A stretch of 64,000 nucleotides of DNA. Origin: Eledone cirrhosa (Eukaryota). The stretch lies in assembly GCA_964016885.1 (NCBI GenBank), contig OZ024740.1, forward strand, positions 415,338,001-415,402,000, written 5' to 3'. The translations under genes and the position numbers were made by a program. Below, in pieces: positions 14,335 through 27,810 of this stretch. Below the pieces are notes generated by a model, which searched no databases, was not told the DNA's origin, and worked only from the letters and a program-made list of their open reading frames with translations. Position 1 is the stretch's first letter. Every line of letters begins with the position of its first letter.

Positions 14335-16076
14335 CACCGTGTAACATATGTTTTGTTCCGCGGTTCTTTTGCTGGTTTGTTATATCCCATTATTATAAAA
14401 AAAACACTATTATTTAATCAGAAGTTTTGGGTTTGTGGTCAGGAGTTTGATATTTCGAAATTTTCATATTTTTCAAGAAAAAACACATTTTTTTAAAATT
14501 TATCAGTTCATATAATTAAATAAACAGAGTATATATTTATTTTATTACACAAGCTTATCAAAAGCAAACAAGTAAAAACAAATAACACTTATAAAGCAAC
14601 TTATACATGTCTGAAATGACTGGATTTCCTGGATTTGTTGTTGTAGTCCAGGTCGCATTCCCGCACTAGCCCCCAGATATAGTTCCCTATCATTTTTTCA
14701 TTGTAGTGGCCCTGGTACCTCCGCTCTATCTCTTTCACATCTTGGTGGAATCATTCGCCTTGTTCTTCTGAGTAGGCACCCATAGTGTCCTTGAATTTTT
14801 CCAGGTGAGCGTCCAGCATATGGAGTTTAAGCGACATCCTGCATCCCATGGCGCCAAAAGCCTTTATCAGATCCTGCACCAGTTGCTGGTAGTTTTCAGC
14901 TCTGTAGTTGCCCAGGTAGCCCTTAACAGTTCCATGTCTTGAAACAGTTCCATGCTGTTCTCTCAATCCTATTGAGCTTATTGGAGAACTCAGTAGACTC
15001 AAACACCTTCTTTATCTGAGGTCCAACAAAAATTCCACCTTTGATTTTGGCCTCAGATAACTTGGGGAAGAACTCAAGAAGGTACTTAAAAGCAGCTGAT
15101 TCTTGGTTGAGAGCCTTCACAAACTGCTTCATCAACTCCAACTTAATGTGCAGTGGCGGCATGAGCACAATCCTGGGATCAACCAGTGGCTCCCACATGA
15201 TGTTCCGGGTCCCAACTACAAATTCTGTTCGCTGCTCCCAGTTCTTTCTTTTGTAGTGGTCAGGGGTGGCTCTGCTGTCCCAAAGGCAGAGGAAGCATTG
15301 GAATTTGATAAAGCCTCCTTGGAGTCCCAGCCGGAAAGCCACCATCTTGTAGTCTCCAATGATTTCCCAATTGTACTGGTTGTATTGCAGAGCTTCCAAG
15401 AGGACTTTCACACTGTAGTAATCTTCCTTCAGGCAGACTGAATGAGCTAGGGGCAGTGTCGAGAACTTGTTTCCATTGTGGAGGAGGACAGCCTTTAAAC
15501 TTGTGGTGGAGCTGTCTATAAATAGCCGCCACTCTTTGGGCACAAACGGCACCCCAATAACGTCAAACAGTCCAGGCACGTCATGGCAGAAGCAGAGGCC
15601 ATCCCTAAGAGTGTAAAAGCCTGAGAAAGGTTTATGTCGACTTCTCTGACTTGTCACCTGCACTTCCTCCTTGACCAAGTTCCACTGCTTCATCTTGGAA
15701 ATGAATGCTTAAAACACAACTTACCCTTTATTCAGGGTGCGAAAATCCAGTATCAATAAATCTCTTTAATACACTTTTTAACAATTTTATACTTTATTGC
15801 ACTTTTATAATTTTCTTTAGGTATTACTCTTTATTTTATAATTTTAATTTAACCTGAAACATATATAAAAAAAATCATTTAACATAAGCAAATTAAACTT
15901 ACATACAAGGTAAAATCCAGCATACAAATAATTCTAGTAAATAGCATAGAATTTTTACAAACCAAAACTTTTAACTGTTTAATAGCACTTTTTTTTATTT
16001 ATTTGGGACCTAAGCAACACAAAAAAACTGATTACAAGCCAGGAACAGAGAAAAAAAAATTTTTTGTTACACGGTG
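14335..16076 (-). mobile_element. Defective DNA transposon, Chapaev(3)-like, internally deleted
   Basis: 12-bp TIR CACCGTGTAACA/TGTTACACGGTG with 3-bp TSD TAG. Transposase motifs LFIDSS..SLKAVLLHNGN, CFLCLWDS, PPLHIKL, MSLKLHMLDAH, SEEQGE*FHQ. Frameshift near 14940 and premature TGA at 14751-14753. Family assignment is from memory. Confidence 0.75.
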
Positions 16077-16335
16077 TAGTTTGTGCAAATGTGCTCTATA
16101 CTCATGCCTACAGGGTTAAATATTAGAAGCATTAATATTTAGTGGGCAAGAAAAGAAGCAGAGCGGTTATAAAAGAAATGAATACAAAGGTACTGATCAT
16201 TTTTTATGTTTTTCATACTCTTGAGAAGCTCGTTCTGGGCGAAACGTACGTAGGTGCATTGTTATATAAACATGTTTTAACGCGATATATACTTCTTTGT
16301 ATTCATTTCTTTTATATATATATATATATATATAT

Positions 16336-19099
16336 GACTGTTGTAAACACTAAATCCCTCCCCCATGAAGAATGCACCTCCCAACATAGACTGATAATTA
16401 GCGACCTAATAGTCAGGACGAGACGTACTAGACAACAGAAGAGGACTATCCTCAGGAGAAAAATATGGAAGCTAAAGGACCCCACAGCCAAAAATAAATT
16501 CCAAAGCATATTACTTGATGCTTTCGACAGTAAGGAAGAGCAATTAGAGTCGTACAAGGTAGAGGAACAGTGGGAATTCCTGAAAGCAAACCTGCTGACG
16601 GCGGCAGACGAAGTCTGTGGCTGGAGCAGGCCTGTAGGCAGGAGGAGAGTAACATGGTGGTGGAACAGTAAGGTGGAGGGGTCAATTAAGGCCAAAAAGC
16701 AGGCTTGGTAAGTATGGCAGGATGGGGGAAGCAGAGAAGACTATCAAGTGGCCAGGAGGGAAGCTAGGAGACAAGTGTACTTCGCAAGAAGGGATGCAGA
16801 GGAAAGAAAGTTCAAGCATGTTCTACAACGTGAGGACCAAAAACGTGAGGTGTTCAGGATTGCTAGGCAATGTGTCAAGGAAAACAGTGATATTGTCGGG
16901 GAGAAGTGTGTACTTAACGATGACGGCGTACTTGCCATCACCGAAGCCGATAAGAAGGTAGCTTGGAAGTGTCACTATGAAAGGCTACTAAATGAGGAGA
17001 ATAAATGGGAGAAAGACAGTCTCCCCCACATCGACCCAATAGGGGGACCAGCAGTGTTAGTCGAGGGTAGTATAATAAGTAAGGCAATCAAAGATATGAA
17101 GACGGGCAAGGCGGCTGGGCCTTCGGAAATAGTTGCCGAGATGCTGAAGGCATCTGGTACGGTGGGACACACCATGGTCACCCGGATAGTCAACCAAGTC
17201 ATACAGAATGGGGTTGTTCCGAAGGACTGGCGTAGCAGCATCATCGTTAACTGTTATAAGGGTATAGGAGTAACTATAGAGGCATTAAATTAATCGACCA
17301 GGTCATGAAGGTCACGGAAAAAGTAATAGCGCAACTAATCAGAGAGCGAATTGATCTAGATGAAATGCAATTCGGGTTTGTGTCAGGAAAAAGTACCACA
17401 GACGCTCTTTTCATTGTACGACAACTACAGGAGAAGTACCTAGCTAAAAGTAAACCCCTATACTTAGCTTTCGTCGACTTGGAGAAGGCCTTCGACAGAG
17501 TCCCCCGTTCCATTATCTGGTGGGCTCTTAGAAAACTAGGTGTTGATGAATGGCTTGTGAGAGCTATACAAGCCATGTATAAAGAAACAGTCAGCACGGT
17601 TAGAATTAACAACGAATATAGTGAAGAGTTTAGCGTAAAAGTTGGCGTCCATCAGGGCTCTGTTCTCAGCCCCCTACTATTTATTATTGCCCTCCAGGCT
17701 ATAACAGTGGAGTTCAAGACCGGCTGCCCATGGGAACTCCTATACGCAGATGATCTAACGCTCATAGCTGAATCAATGGCCGAGCTAGAGAAGAAATTCC
17801 AAACATGGAAGCATGGCCTAGAATCAAAAGGCCTTAAAATTAACCTGGCTAAGACTAAAGTTCTAGTTTGTAAGAAAGAAAATAAGGCGCCGGTCCCTTC
17901 CGGGGAGTGGCCATGCGCAGAGTGTAGGAAAGGCGTAGGTAGAAATTCCATTTTGTGTCCCAAATGCAAAGTTTGGGTGCATAAAAGATGTAGTGGGATC
18001 ACAGGTAAGCTAACTAAGAACATAGATTTTACATGTGGCCGGTGTTCTGGGGCAATAGGTAGCAGCGAGTGCCCACAAAATACTAGCTCTTTCAACTGCG
18101 CAGAGGGTTCTATAGAAATAGTGGACAGCTTCCGTTACCTGGGTGACAAAATCAGCAGTGGGGGAGGGTGCTCTGAAAGTACAGTAGCTAGAGTCAGAAC
18201 TGGGTGGAAAAAGTTCAGAGAGCTTATACCACTATTAGCTGCTAAAGGGTTCTCCCTAAAAATGAAAGGCAGGCTGTACGATGCCTGCATACGAACAGCA
18301 ATGTTGCATGGCAGTGAGACCTGGGCATTGTGTGCAGAGGATATACGCAGACTAGAGAGAAACGAAGCTTGCATGCTCCGCTGGATGTGTAATAGTAATA
18401 TACGTGAACGACAAAGCATAAACGAACTAAGGAAAAAATTAGAAATAAGAGGGATCAGATGTTGTTTACTCGAGAGAAGGCTACGTTGGTATGGCCACGT
18501 GATGCGCATGAAGGACGATAGCTGTGTAACAAAGTGCAGGGCAATAAAGATAGACAGTAGCCACGGAATAAGCAGACCCAGAAAAACCTGGGACGAGCTG
18601 ATAAACTCCGACCTCACACACTTACACCTCACCAAGACAATGTCACTGGACCGAGACCTTTGGCGGTACTCAGTAATAGAGAAGACCCGCCTTACCTAAA
18701 TACAAAGTAAAACCTACTACAGTCAGTAGGCATCTCTAACAAAATACACCCCCGTCCCACCACCCCCACCCCATCCACACCGCCCCCTTCTATGTAAAGT
18801 TATGTTGGTGCCACACCATCCAGGCCGAAACAAATGAGATCGTGTAGGTGTCACGACAAAAAAACACACAGTCCACGCTGTAATGTGGCCGTGTAGGCAA
18901 CACGGTAAAAACCTCCCAGACCCACACTGTAAATGTGGTTGGTGTTAGGAAGGGTATCCAACTGTAGAAAACCTGCCAGACAGTCCTATGCGAGCAAGAC
19001 AATCACTCTTGCCTCAAGTGGGAATACCCCCATCCAAACCCATGCAAGCGTGGAACACGGACGTTAAACGTTGATGATGATGATGATGATGATGATGAT
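16336..19099 (+). mobile_element. 5'-truncated RTE-clade LINE (copy A)
   Basis: RT motifs QFGF, AFVDLEKAFDRV, GVHQGSVLSPLLF, LLYADD, FRYLG; (GAT)n tail; stop at 16709 and a small deletion near 17270. Confidence 0.95.
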
Positions 19100-19434
19100 A
19101 TATATGGTCAGAACTCGTCGTTCCCTGTGAAGTGTAATGTAAATGCCATTTTTCTCATCTCTCTCCAGCCTATCGGTCCATTCATTCATATACCCGTATC
19201 ATCGCCCAGAATCCAATCTTTTGCTCTCTCTCAATGCTATTCTATAATTCTGTCTGGTTGTTTCTAAATAATCTTCTTGTATCTTAAAACCCCATTATTC
19301 GCTTATTATTACTGTTATATGCTTCTCCAATTATGCCCAAATTTCGAAGATTTCATTTAAACCCTCTCGCTAACTACCCCATACCCCTCCCACCCACCCC
19401 CACTCTCCACCATTATTATTAGGACCAATCATAA

Positions 19435-22400
19435 GTCAGCGGCCTATGCTATCACTCATGGTTGCTTGCCGATATGATGGATGGACTATGGAATTCTGGA
19501 GAGTCTGAAAAATCTGGACACTCAGTGACAATGCTAAAGATAAAGACAAATTCACCACATGCTGCCGGACGAAAAGACAAGGACTCCTCTTTGTTTCGGC
19601 CGCGGATGGCCAACATAACCCCCCCCCCCCCCCGCACCCCACCGTTCCCACCCACCAAACGCAATCCAAAACTTCAGAGTTGGTACCATGAATGTAGGCA
19701 CCTTAAAAGATCACTCTAACGAGGTTGTAGAAATGCTTGAACATAAGGAGGTTGATGTTTGCTGTATCCAAGAGACCAGGTGGAGGGGTGGGTCTGCTAG
19801 ATTCACTGTGGGTAAAAACGATGCTATAAGCTTTTCTGGGTGGGAAATGAAAATGGGCTGGGTGGGGTAGGAATCATGTTAGCAGAAAAATGGGTAGATA
19901 AGATAATAGACGTAAATAGAGTGAACGACAGAATAATTAAAATAAGACTTGTCCTAAATAGAACTACTGTGACAGTAATATCTGCGTATGTACCCCAAAC
20001 CGGACTGCCTGGCGCTATAAAAGACAGATTCTATGAGACATTGATGCTCACTACCTCCCAAATAACCGACAGTGACTACGTAATTATTGCTGGCGACCTA
20101 AATGGTCACGTTAGACAACATTGTGACGGCTATGACGGAATCCATGGAGGCTATGGGTTTGGTACTAGAAATGAGGAAGGCTCCAGAATCCTGGAATTCT
20201 GCGATGCAAATAACCTAACTATCTGTAACACTAACTTCAAAAAACGAGACAATCACTTGATCACCTATAGATCAGGGGAACACGCCAGTCAGATAGATTA
20301 TATCCTTACCAGAAGATGTGATAGAGTGTCTGTTGTAAACACTAAATCCCTCCCCCATGAAGAATGCACCTCCCAACATAGACTCATAGTCAGCGACCTC
20401 ATAGTCAGGACAAGACGTATTCGACAACAGAGAAGGACTATCCTCAGGAGAAAAATATGGAAGCTAAAGGACCCCACAGCCAGTAATAAATTTAAAAGCA
20501 TATTACTTGATGCTTTCAACAGTAAGGAAGTGAAATTAGAGTCGTACAATATAGAGGAACAGTGGGAATTCCTTAAAGCTAACCTGCTGAAGGCGGCAGA
20601 TGAAGTTTGTGGCTGGAGCAGGCCTATAGGCAGGAGGAGAGTAATGTGGTGGTGGAATAGTAAGGTGGAGGAGTCAATTAAGGCCAAAAAGCAGGCTTGG
20701 AAAGTATGGGGGGAATGGGGAAGTAGAGAAGACTATCAAGTGGCCAGGAAGGAAGCTAGGAGACAAGTGTACTTCGCAAGAAGGGAAGCAGAGGAAAGAA
20801 AGTTCAAACATGTTCTACAAAGCGAGGACCAAAAACGTGAGGTGTTCAGGATTGCTAGGCAATGTGTCAAGGAAAACCGTGATATTGTCGGGGAGAAGTG
20901 TGTCCTTAATGATGATGGTGTACTTGCCATCACTGACGCTGATAAGAAGGTAGCTTGGAAGTGTCACTACGAAAGGCTACTAAATGAGGAGAATAAGTGG
21001 GAGAAAGACAGTCTCCCTCACATCGATCCAATAGAGGGACCAGCAGTGCGAGTTGAAGGTAGTATAATAAGTAAGGGAATCAAAGATATGAAGACGGGTA
21101 AGGCGGCCGGGCCTTCGGAAATAGTTGCCGAAATGCTGAAAGCATCTGGAACAGTGGGACACACTATGGTCACCAGGAGAGTAAACCAAGTCATACAGAA
21201 TGGGGCCGTTCCGAAGGACTGGCGTAGCAGCATCATCATTAACTGCTACAAGGGTAAAGGAGATGCTCTTGATAGGGGTAACTATAGAGGCATTAAATTA
21301 ATCGACCAGGTAATGAAGGTCACAGAAAAAGTAATAGCGCAACTAATCTGAGAACGAAATGATCTAGATGAAATGCAGTTCGGGTTTGTGTCAGGTAAAA
21401 GTACCACAGACGCTCTTTTCATTGTATGACAACTACAAGAGAAGTACCTAGCTAAAAGTAAACCCTTATACTTAGCTTTTGTTGACTTGGAGAAAGCCTT
21501 TGACAGAGTCCCCCGCTCCATTATCTGGTGGGCGCTTAGAAAACTAGGTGTTGATGAATGGCTTGTGAGAGCTATACAAGCCATGTATAAAGAAACAGTC
21601 AGCAAAACGAATATAGTGAAGAGTTTAGCGTAAAAGTTGGTGTTCATCAGGGCTCCGTTCTTAGCCCCCTACTATTTATTATTGACCTTCAGGCTATAAC
21701 AGAGGAGTTCAAGACCGGCTGCCCATGGGAACTCCTATATGCAGATGATCTAATGCTCATAGCTGAATCAATGGCTGAACTAGAGAAGAAATTCCAAACA
21801 TGGAAGCATGGCCTAGAATCAAAAGGCCTTAAAGTTAACTTGTCTAAGACTAAAGTTCTAGTTTGTAGGAAGGAAAATAGGCACCGGTCCCATCTGCGAA
21901 ATGGCCATGCTCAGTGTGTAGGAAAGGAGTAGGCAGAAACTCCATTTTATGTCCCAAATGCAAAGTATGGGTGCATAAAAGAGATAGTGGGATCACAGGT
22001 AAGCTAACTAAGAATATAGATTTTATATGTGGCCAGTGCTCTGGTGCAATAAGTAGCAGCAAGTGCCCACAGAATACTAGTTCATTCCATTGCACAGATG
22101 GTTCTATAGAAATAGTGGACACCTTCCGTTACCTGGGTGACAAAATCAGCAGTGGGGGAGGGTGCTCTGAAAGTACAGTAGCTAGAGTCAGAACGGGATG
22201 GAAAAAGTTCAGAGAGCTGATACCACTATTGGCCGCTAAAGGGTTCTCTCTAAAAATGAAAGGCAGGCTGTATGATGCCTGCATACGAACAGCAATGTTA
22301 CATGGCAGTGAGACCTGGGCATTGTGTGCAGAGGATATACGCAGACTGGAGAGAAACGAAGCTTGCATGCTCCGCTGGATGTGTAATAGTAATATACGTG

Positions 22401-22921
22401 AACCGCAAAGCATAAACAAACTAAGGGAGAAATTAGGAATAAGAGGGATCAGATGTTGTTTACTCGAGAAAAAACTATGTTGGTACGGTCATGTGATGTG
22501 CATGAAAGACGACAGCTGTATAAAAAAGTGCAGGGCGATAAAAATAGACGGTAGCCACGAAGTAGGCAGACCCAGAAAGACCTGGGACGACTTGATAAAT
22601 TCCGACCTCACACACTTACACCTCTCCAAGACAATGTCACTGGACCGAGATCTTTGGCGCTACACAGTCATACAGAAGACCCGCCTTGCCTAAGTACAAA
22701 GCGAAACCTACAGTCAGTAGGCACCTCTAACAAAATACACCTCCGTCCCACTACCCCCATCCCATCCACACCACCCCCTTAAATGTGAAGTTATGTTGGT
22801 ACCACAACATCCAGACAGTCCTATACGAGCAGGACAACAAATCTTGCCTCAAGTGGGAAACCTCCCGTCCAAACCCATGCAAGCGTGGAAGATGGACGTT
22901 AAACGATGATGATGATGATGA
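19435..22921 (+). mobile_element. Near full-length RTE LINE (copy B): APE endonuclease plus RT, inactivated
   Basis: EN motifs TMNVGTL, CIQETRW, GDLNGHV, QIDYIL, SQHRL; RT broken by stops and frameshifts at about 21350-21900; (GAT)n tail. The 5' boundary is approximate. Confidence 0.93.
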
Positions 22922-22936
22922 TATATATATATATAC

Positions 22937-22974
<38 letters not shown>

Positions 22975-22986
<12 letters not shown>

Positions 22987-23261
22987 AGATCAAAAGATGG
23001 TTAAAAGAGTTCCATGTATTATATTATGCGCATTTCAAAAACAAATATCATCATGCAATAACATTTGTGTTTTCATCAGATAAAATATGTTGATTTAAAA
23101 CTCCACTATTCACAAGTGTTTTTTAACCTTCATATCATGTCTTCCTATTTTATCTGATGAAAACACAAATGTTATTGCATGATGATATTTGTTTTTTAAA
23201 TGCGCATAATAAAATACATGGAACTCTTTTAACCATCTTTTGATCTTATATATTATGTATA
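22975..23261. repeat. Foldback/MITE-like inverted repeat with arms of about 115 bp
   Basis: atataagatcaaaagatggttaaaagagttcc...tcagataaaata and its reverse complement at 23146-23261, with few mismatches. Confidence 0.9.
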
Positions 23262-23483
23262 CTCCAGTCCTACAAACTGTAGAGTGCTTCTTATCCGATA
23301 TCTGCATTGCTTTATTGTACTACAATAAAACTCACCTCCTACATATATATATATATATATATATATTTATATTTATAGTTCAAGGAGACAACAAACAGAG
23401 GTACATTAGTTTCAATTAGTTTCATGCTTTATATCTCATCATCATCATCACCGTTTAACATCTATTTTTGCATGGGTTAGATA

Positions 23484-25735
23484 ATGTATGGTGGTTATAG
23501 ACCTGGTGTTTAGATCATGTGTAGGTTGTTATAGACCTTGTGTTTAGGTCATGTATGGGTGTTTATAGACCTGGTGTTTAGGTCATGTATGGGTGTTTAT
23601 AGACCTGGTGTTTAGGTCATGTATGGGTGGTAATAGACCTGGTGTTTAGGTCATGTATGGGTGGTTATGGGCCTGGTGTTTAGGTCATGTGTGGGTGGTA
23701 ATAGACCTGGTGTTTAGATCATGTATGGGTGGTTATAGGCCTGGTGTTTAGGTCATGTATGGGTGGCTATAGACCTGGTGTTTAGATCGTGTATGTGAGG
23801 TTATAGACATGGTGTTTAGGTCATGTATGGGGGTTTATAGGCCTGGTGTTTAGGTCATGTATGGGTGGCTATAGACCTGGTGTTTAGATCATGTATGGGT
23901 GGTAATAGACCTGGTGTTTAGATCATGTATGGGTGGTAATAGACCTGGTGTTTAGATCATGTATGGGTGATAATAGACCTGGTGTTTATGTCATGTGTGG
24001 GTTGTTATAGATCTGGTGTTTAGGTCAAGTATGGGTGGCTATAGACCTGGTGTTTAGATCATGTATGGGTGGCTATAGACCAGGTGTTTAGGTCATGTAT
24101 GGGTGGCTATAGACCTGGTGTTTGGTTTTTAGATCATGTATGGGTGGTTATAGACCTGATATTTAGGTCATGTATGGGTGGTTATAGACCTGGTGTTTAG
24201 GTCATCCATGGATGGTTATATACCTGGTGTTTAGGTCATGTATGGTTGGTAATAGACCTGGTGTTTAGGTCATGTATGGGTGATAATAGACCTGGTGTTT
24301 AGGTCATGTATGGGTGGTTAAAGACCTGGTGTTTAGGTCATGTATGGGGAGTTATAGACCTGGTGTTTAGGTCATGTATGGGCGATAATAGACCTGGTGT
24401 TTAGGTCATGTATGGGTGGCTATAGACCTGGTGTTATCGCCATGTATGGGTGGCTATAGACCTGGTGTTTAGGTCATGTATGGGTGGCTATGGACCTGGT
24501 GTTTAGGTCATGTATGGGTGGTAATAGACCTGGCGTTTAGTCATGTATGGGTGGTAATAAACCTGGTGTTTAGGTCATGTATGGATGGTTATAGACCTGG
24601 TGTTTAGGTCATGTATGGGTGGCTATAGACTTGGTGTTTAGGGCATGTATGGGTGATAATATACCTGGTGTTTAGGTCATGTATTGATGGTTATAGACCT
24701 GGTGTTTAGGTTGTATGGGTGGCTATAGGCCTGGTGTTTAGGTCATGTATGGGTGGTAATAGAACTGGTGTTTGGTGTTTAGATCATGTATGGGTGGTTA
24801 TAGACCTGGTGTTTAGGTCATGTATGGGTGGTTATAGACCTGTTGTTTAGGTCATCCGTGGATGTTTATAGACCTGGTGTTTAGGTCATGTATGGGTGGT
24901 AATAGACCTGGTGTTTAGGTCATGTATGGGTGATAATAGACCTGGTGTTTAGGTCATGTATGGGTGGTTAAAGACCTGGTGTTTATGTCATATATGGGAG
25001 TCTATAGACCTGGTGTTCAGGTCATGTATAGGTAATAATAGACCAGGTGTTTATGTCATGTATAGGTGGTTATAGACCTGATGTTTAGGTCATGTATCGG
25101 TGGCTATAGACCTGGTGTTTTGGTCATGTATGGGTGGTAATAGACCTGGTGTTTAGGTCATGTATGGGTGGCTATAGACCTGGTGTTTAGATCATGTATG
25201 GGGAGTTACAGACCTGGTGTTTAGGTCATGTATGGGTGGCTATATACCTGGTGTTTAGGTCATGTATGGGTGGCTATATACCTGGTGTTTAGGTCATGTA
25301 TGGGGAGTTATAGACCTGGTGTTTAGGTCATGTATGGATGGCTATATACCTGGTGTTTAGGTCATGTATGGGGAGTTATAGACCTGGTTTTTAGGTCATG
25401 TATGGGTGGCTATATACCTGGTGTTTAGGTCATGTATGGGGAGTTATAGACCTGGTGTTTAGGTCATGTATGGGCGATAATAGACCTGGCGTTTAGATCA
25501 TGTATGGAGAGTTACAGACCTGGTGTTTAGATCATGTATGGGGAGTTACAGACCTGGTGTTTAGATCATGTATGGGGAGTTACAGACCTGGTGTTTAGAT
25601 CATGTATGGGGAGTTACAGACCTGGTGTTTAGATCATGTATGGGGAGTTACAGACCTGGTGTTTAGTTCATGTATGGGGAGTTACAGACCTGGTGTTTAG
25701 ATCATGTATGGGTAGTTACAGACCTGGTCTTTTGA
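23484..25735. repeat. 34-bp minisatellite array 2 (about 66 units)
   Basis: Same unit and orientation as array 1 but more diverged; terminal block of GGGGAGTTACAGACC variants. Confidence 0.97.
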
Positions 25736-25914
25736 TAATGTACAAGACAAGTTTGACCAGTTAGCCTTGTTGCACCTTGCTCAAACAGCACTGTATTTTG
25801 ACTGGGAATAATAAAACGGGATGCCCTTCCTAATACCAACCATATTTTCAGTATATATCTATATATTTCCACTCAGGTATCAAATAATCATACCCCCCCC
25901 ACTTATTAATTTTT

Positions 25915-26490
25915 CCTTTAAAATGAGTGGTTTTATTTCATAGAACCAGAGCAGGTTTTGGCTGGGTCGGTAACTAAATGGTTTATCCTTTCATGACCAC
26001 ATTTCTAATCAAATATACTCTATTCCAATTAATTAATGAAGAATTTCGAAGGATTTACTAAAATTATTCATTATTTCATTACAAAGATAGTAACTTAATG
26101 TAGGGTTCTTATATAAAATTATGCTGGGAGAATTTAATCTAAATTGAAAACCTTTAAAATGGGTGGCTTTATTTCATAGAACCAGAGCAGGTTTTGGCTG
26201 GGCTGGCAACAAAAGGGTTAAAACAAGAATGATTTTATTAATTGCACTAATGCCAAAGGAAGAATCTTGTAATTTTTATGTCTTAGCTAGAGAAGGAAGG
26301 TCAGTATCCATGACCTTTGTAGATATTTTACAACTTGTGAGAGAAAAGGAAGGAAGAAACAACACTTCCACATAGATGCTGTAGGAGGCAGCATATCACA
26401 CTATCAAGTTATTCTTATCTTTAAAATGAGTGATTTTATTTCATAGAACCAGAGCTGGTTTTGACTGGGTAGGCAAGAAAGGGTTAAAAG
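25915..26490 (+). mobile_element. Cluster of piggyBac-like MITE (family 1) copies and fragments
   Basis: tttcatgaccacatttc...cctttaaaatgggtggctttatttcatagaaccagagc...aaagggttaa; three right-end copies. Confidence 0.7.
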
Positions 26491-26603
26491 TAAGTACTGA
26501 GGTCAATATGATTGAAGGTAGTTTCTCCCACTATGACTGGTCAAATGATTTAGACCAGTAAAAAAATAAAAGAATATTTATATTTTATATACTTTGTTTT
26601 CAG

Positions 26604-26660
26604 AATGTACTTTCATTATACTGGACTATGAGATGTACAAGGAGAATGGTGATGAAGTAG
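26604..26660 (+). CDS. NAT9: NAT9-like exon
   Basis: tttcAG...GTaagt; (K)CTFIILDYEMYKENGDEV, cf. NAT9 KCTFIVLD; 57 bp, phase 1-1. Confidence 0.93.
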   Translation, partial: NVLSLYWTMRCTRRMVMK

Positions 26661-26665
26661 GTAAG

Positions 26666-26897
26666 TCATCATCATCATCATCATCATCATCATCACCACC
26701 ATCACCATCATCATCATCATCATCATCACCACCATCACCATCATCATCATCACCGTCATCATCATCATCATCACCACCACCATCATCATCACCATCATCA
26801 CCACCACCACCATCACCATCATCATCATCATCACCACTATCATTATCACCACCACCACCATTACCATCACAACCACCACATCCACCACCATCACCAT
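26666..26897. repeat. (CAT/CAC)n microsatellite immediately after an exon donor
   Basis: Direct reading. Confidence 0.95.
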
Positions 26898-27810
26898 TGC
26901 TGATACTCATTTTCACCTGAGTATACTGGAGCAGCCTGAAATGAAGTGTTTTGCTCAAGAACACAACACACAACCCAGTACAGCAATTGAACCCACAACA
27001 TTATGATCGTAAGTCCAACACACTTACCACTAGGCCACACACCTCCATGACATAACCATGACACTCAATAATTTCTCCACAGACCATCAACTTTCTGGAA
27101 TATAGTTTCCATCCATGCTTTATCCTCTAGATGTCAATTTATGGATGTTTAAACTAAACATCAGCTTTATTAATCTCAACAATATCAGAATACCTGCAAA
27201 GGACATTGACACCAACCCTCTTCTGACTATACAAGGGTTTGCTGAAAAGTTCATAGACTATCTGGAGAAGGAAGTGACATATCATCTCTTCTTTGTGAGC
27301 CATCCCTCAATTGAAGTTGAAACATGCACAAAGTTCTTGTTCCTGGCTTCCTAATCTCTCATCGCAGCAAGAATATCATATCTAGTAAGGCCAGTGTCCC
27401 TTGCTAACTGAGTCCTGATGGTTATGTTTAGATGTCCCACTCAGCGCTTTGCATCTGGTGACCAGAGAAGCAGTTTCCCTGCAGGTTCCTCATGGCAGGA
27501 AACATAACCAGCAAGAGTCAAATGATTGGATCAAACTTCCAATGAAATTCATGGCTGATCACTATAAAGAACTTTGTTAGTAATGTGTCTTTGCCATGAA
27601 ATGTTGAACACCACATGTAACATCTTAGTGTAGTAACCCTCAAGTCTCCTTCAGTGAGCAATATTGAGAGTCCAGGATTCTGGATCATATTGTAAGATGG
27701 TTTTGACTGTATGTTTACCTTGACACGTCTGGAATTACAAGTTATAAAAAAATTATCATCTAATCCTGAAGTCTTTTATTAAGTGACACTGTCATTTTAA
27801 ACATTTTTTG

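Noticed and set aside
17652-18635. Antisense ORFs recurring in RTE copies
   Set aside because: Shadow frames of the RT ORF; they recur only because the copies are homologous.
26616-26973. Poly-D, poly-M and poly-S ORFs (similar ones at 7111-7395 and 46011-46296)
   Set aside because: Trinucleotide microsatellites. Only 26604-26660 is real exon.
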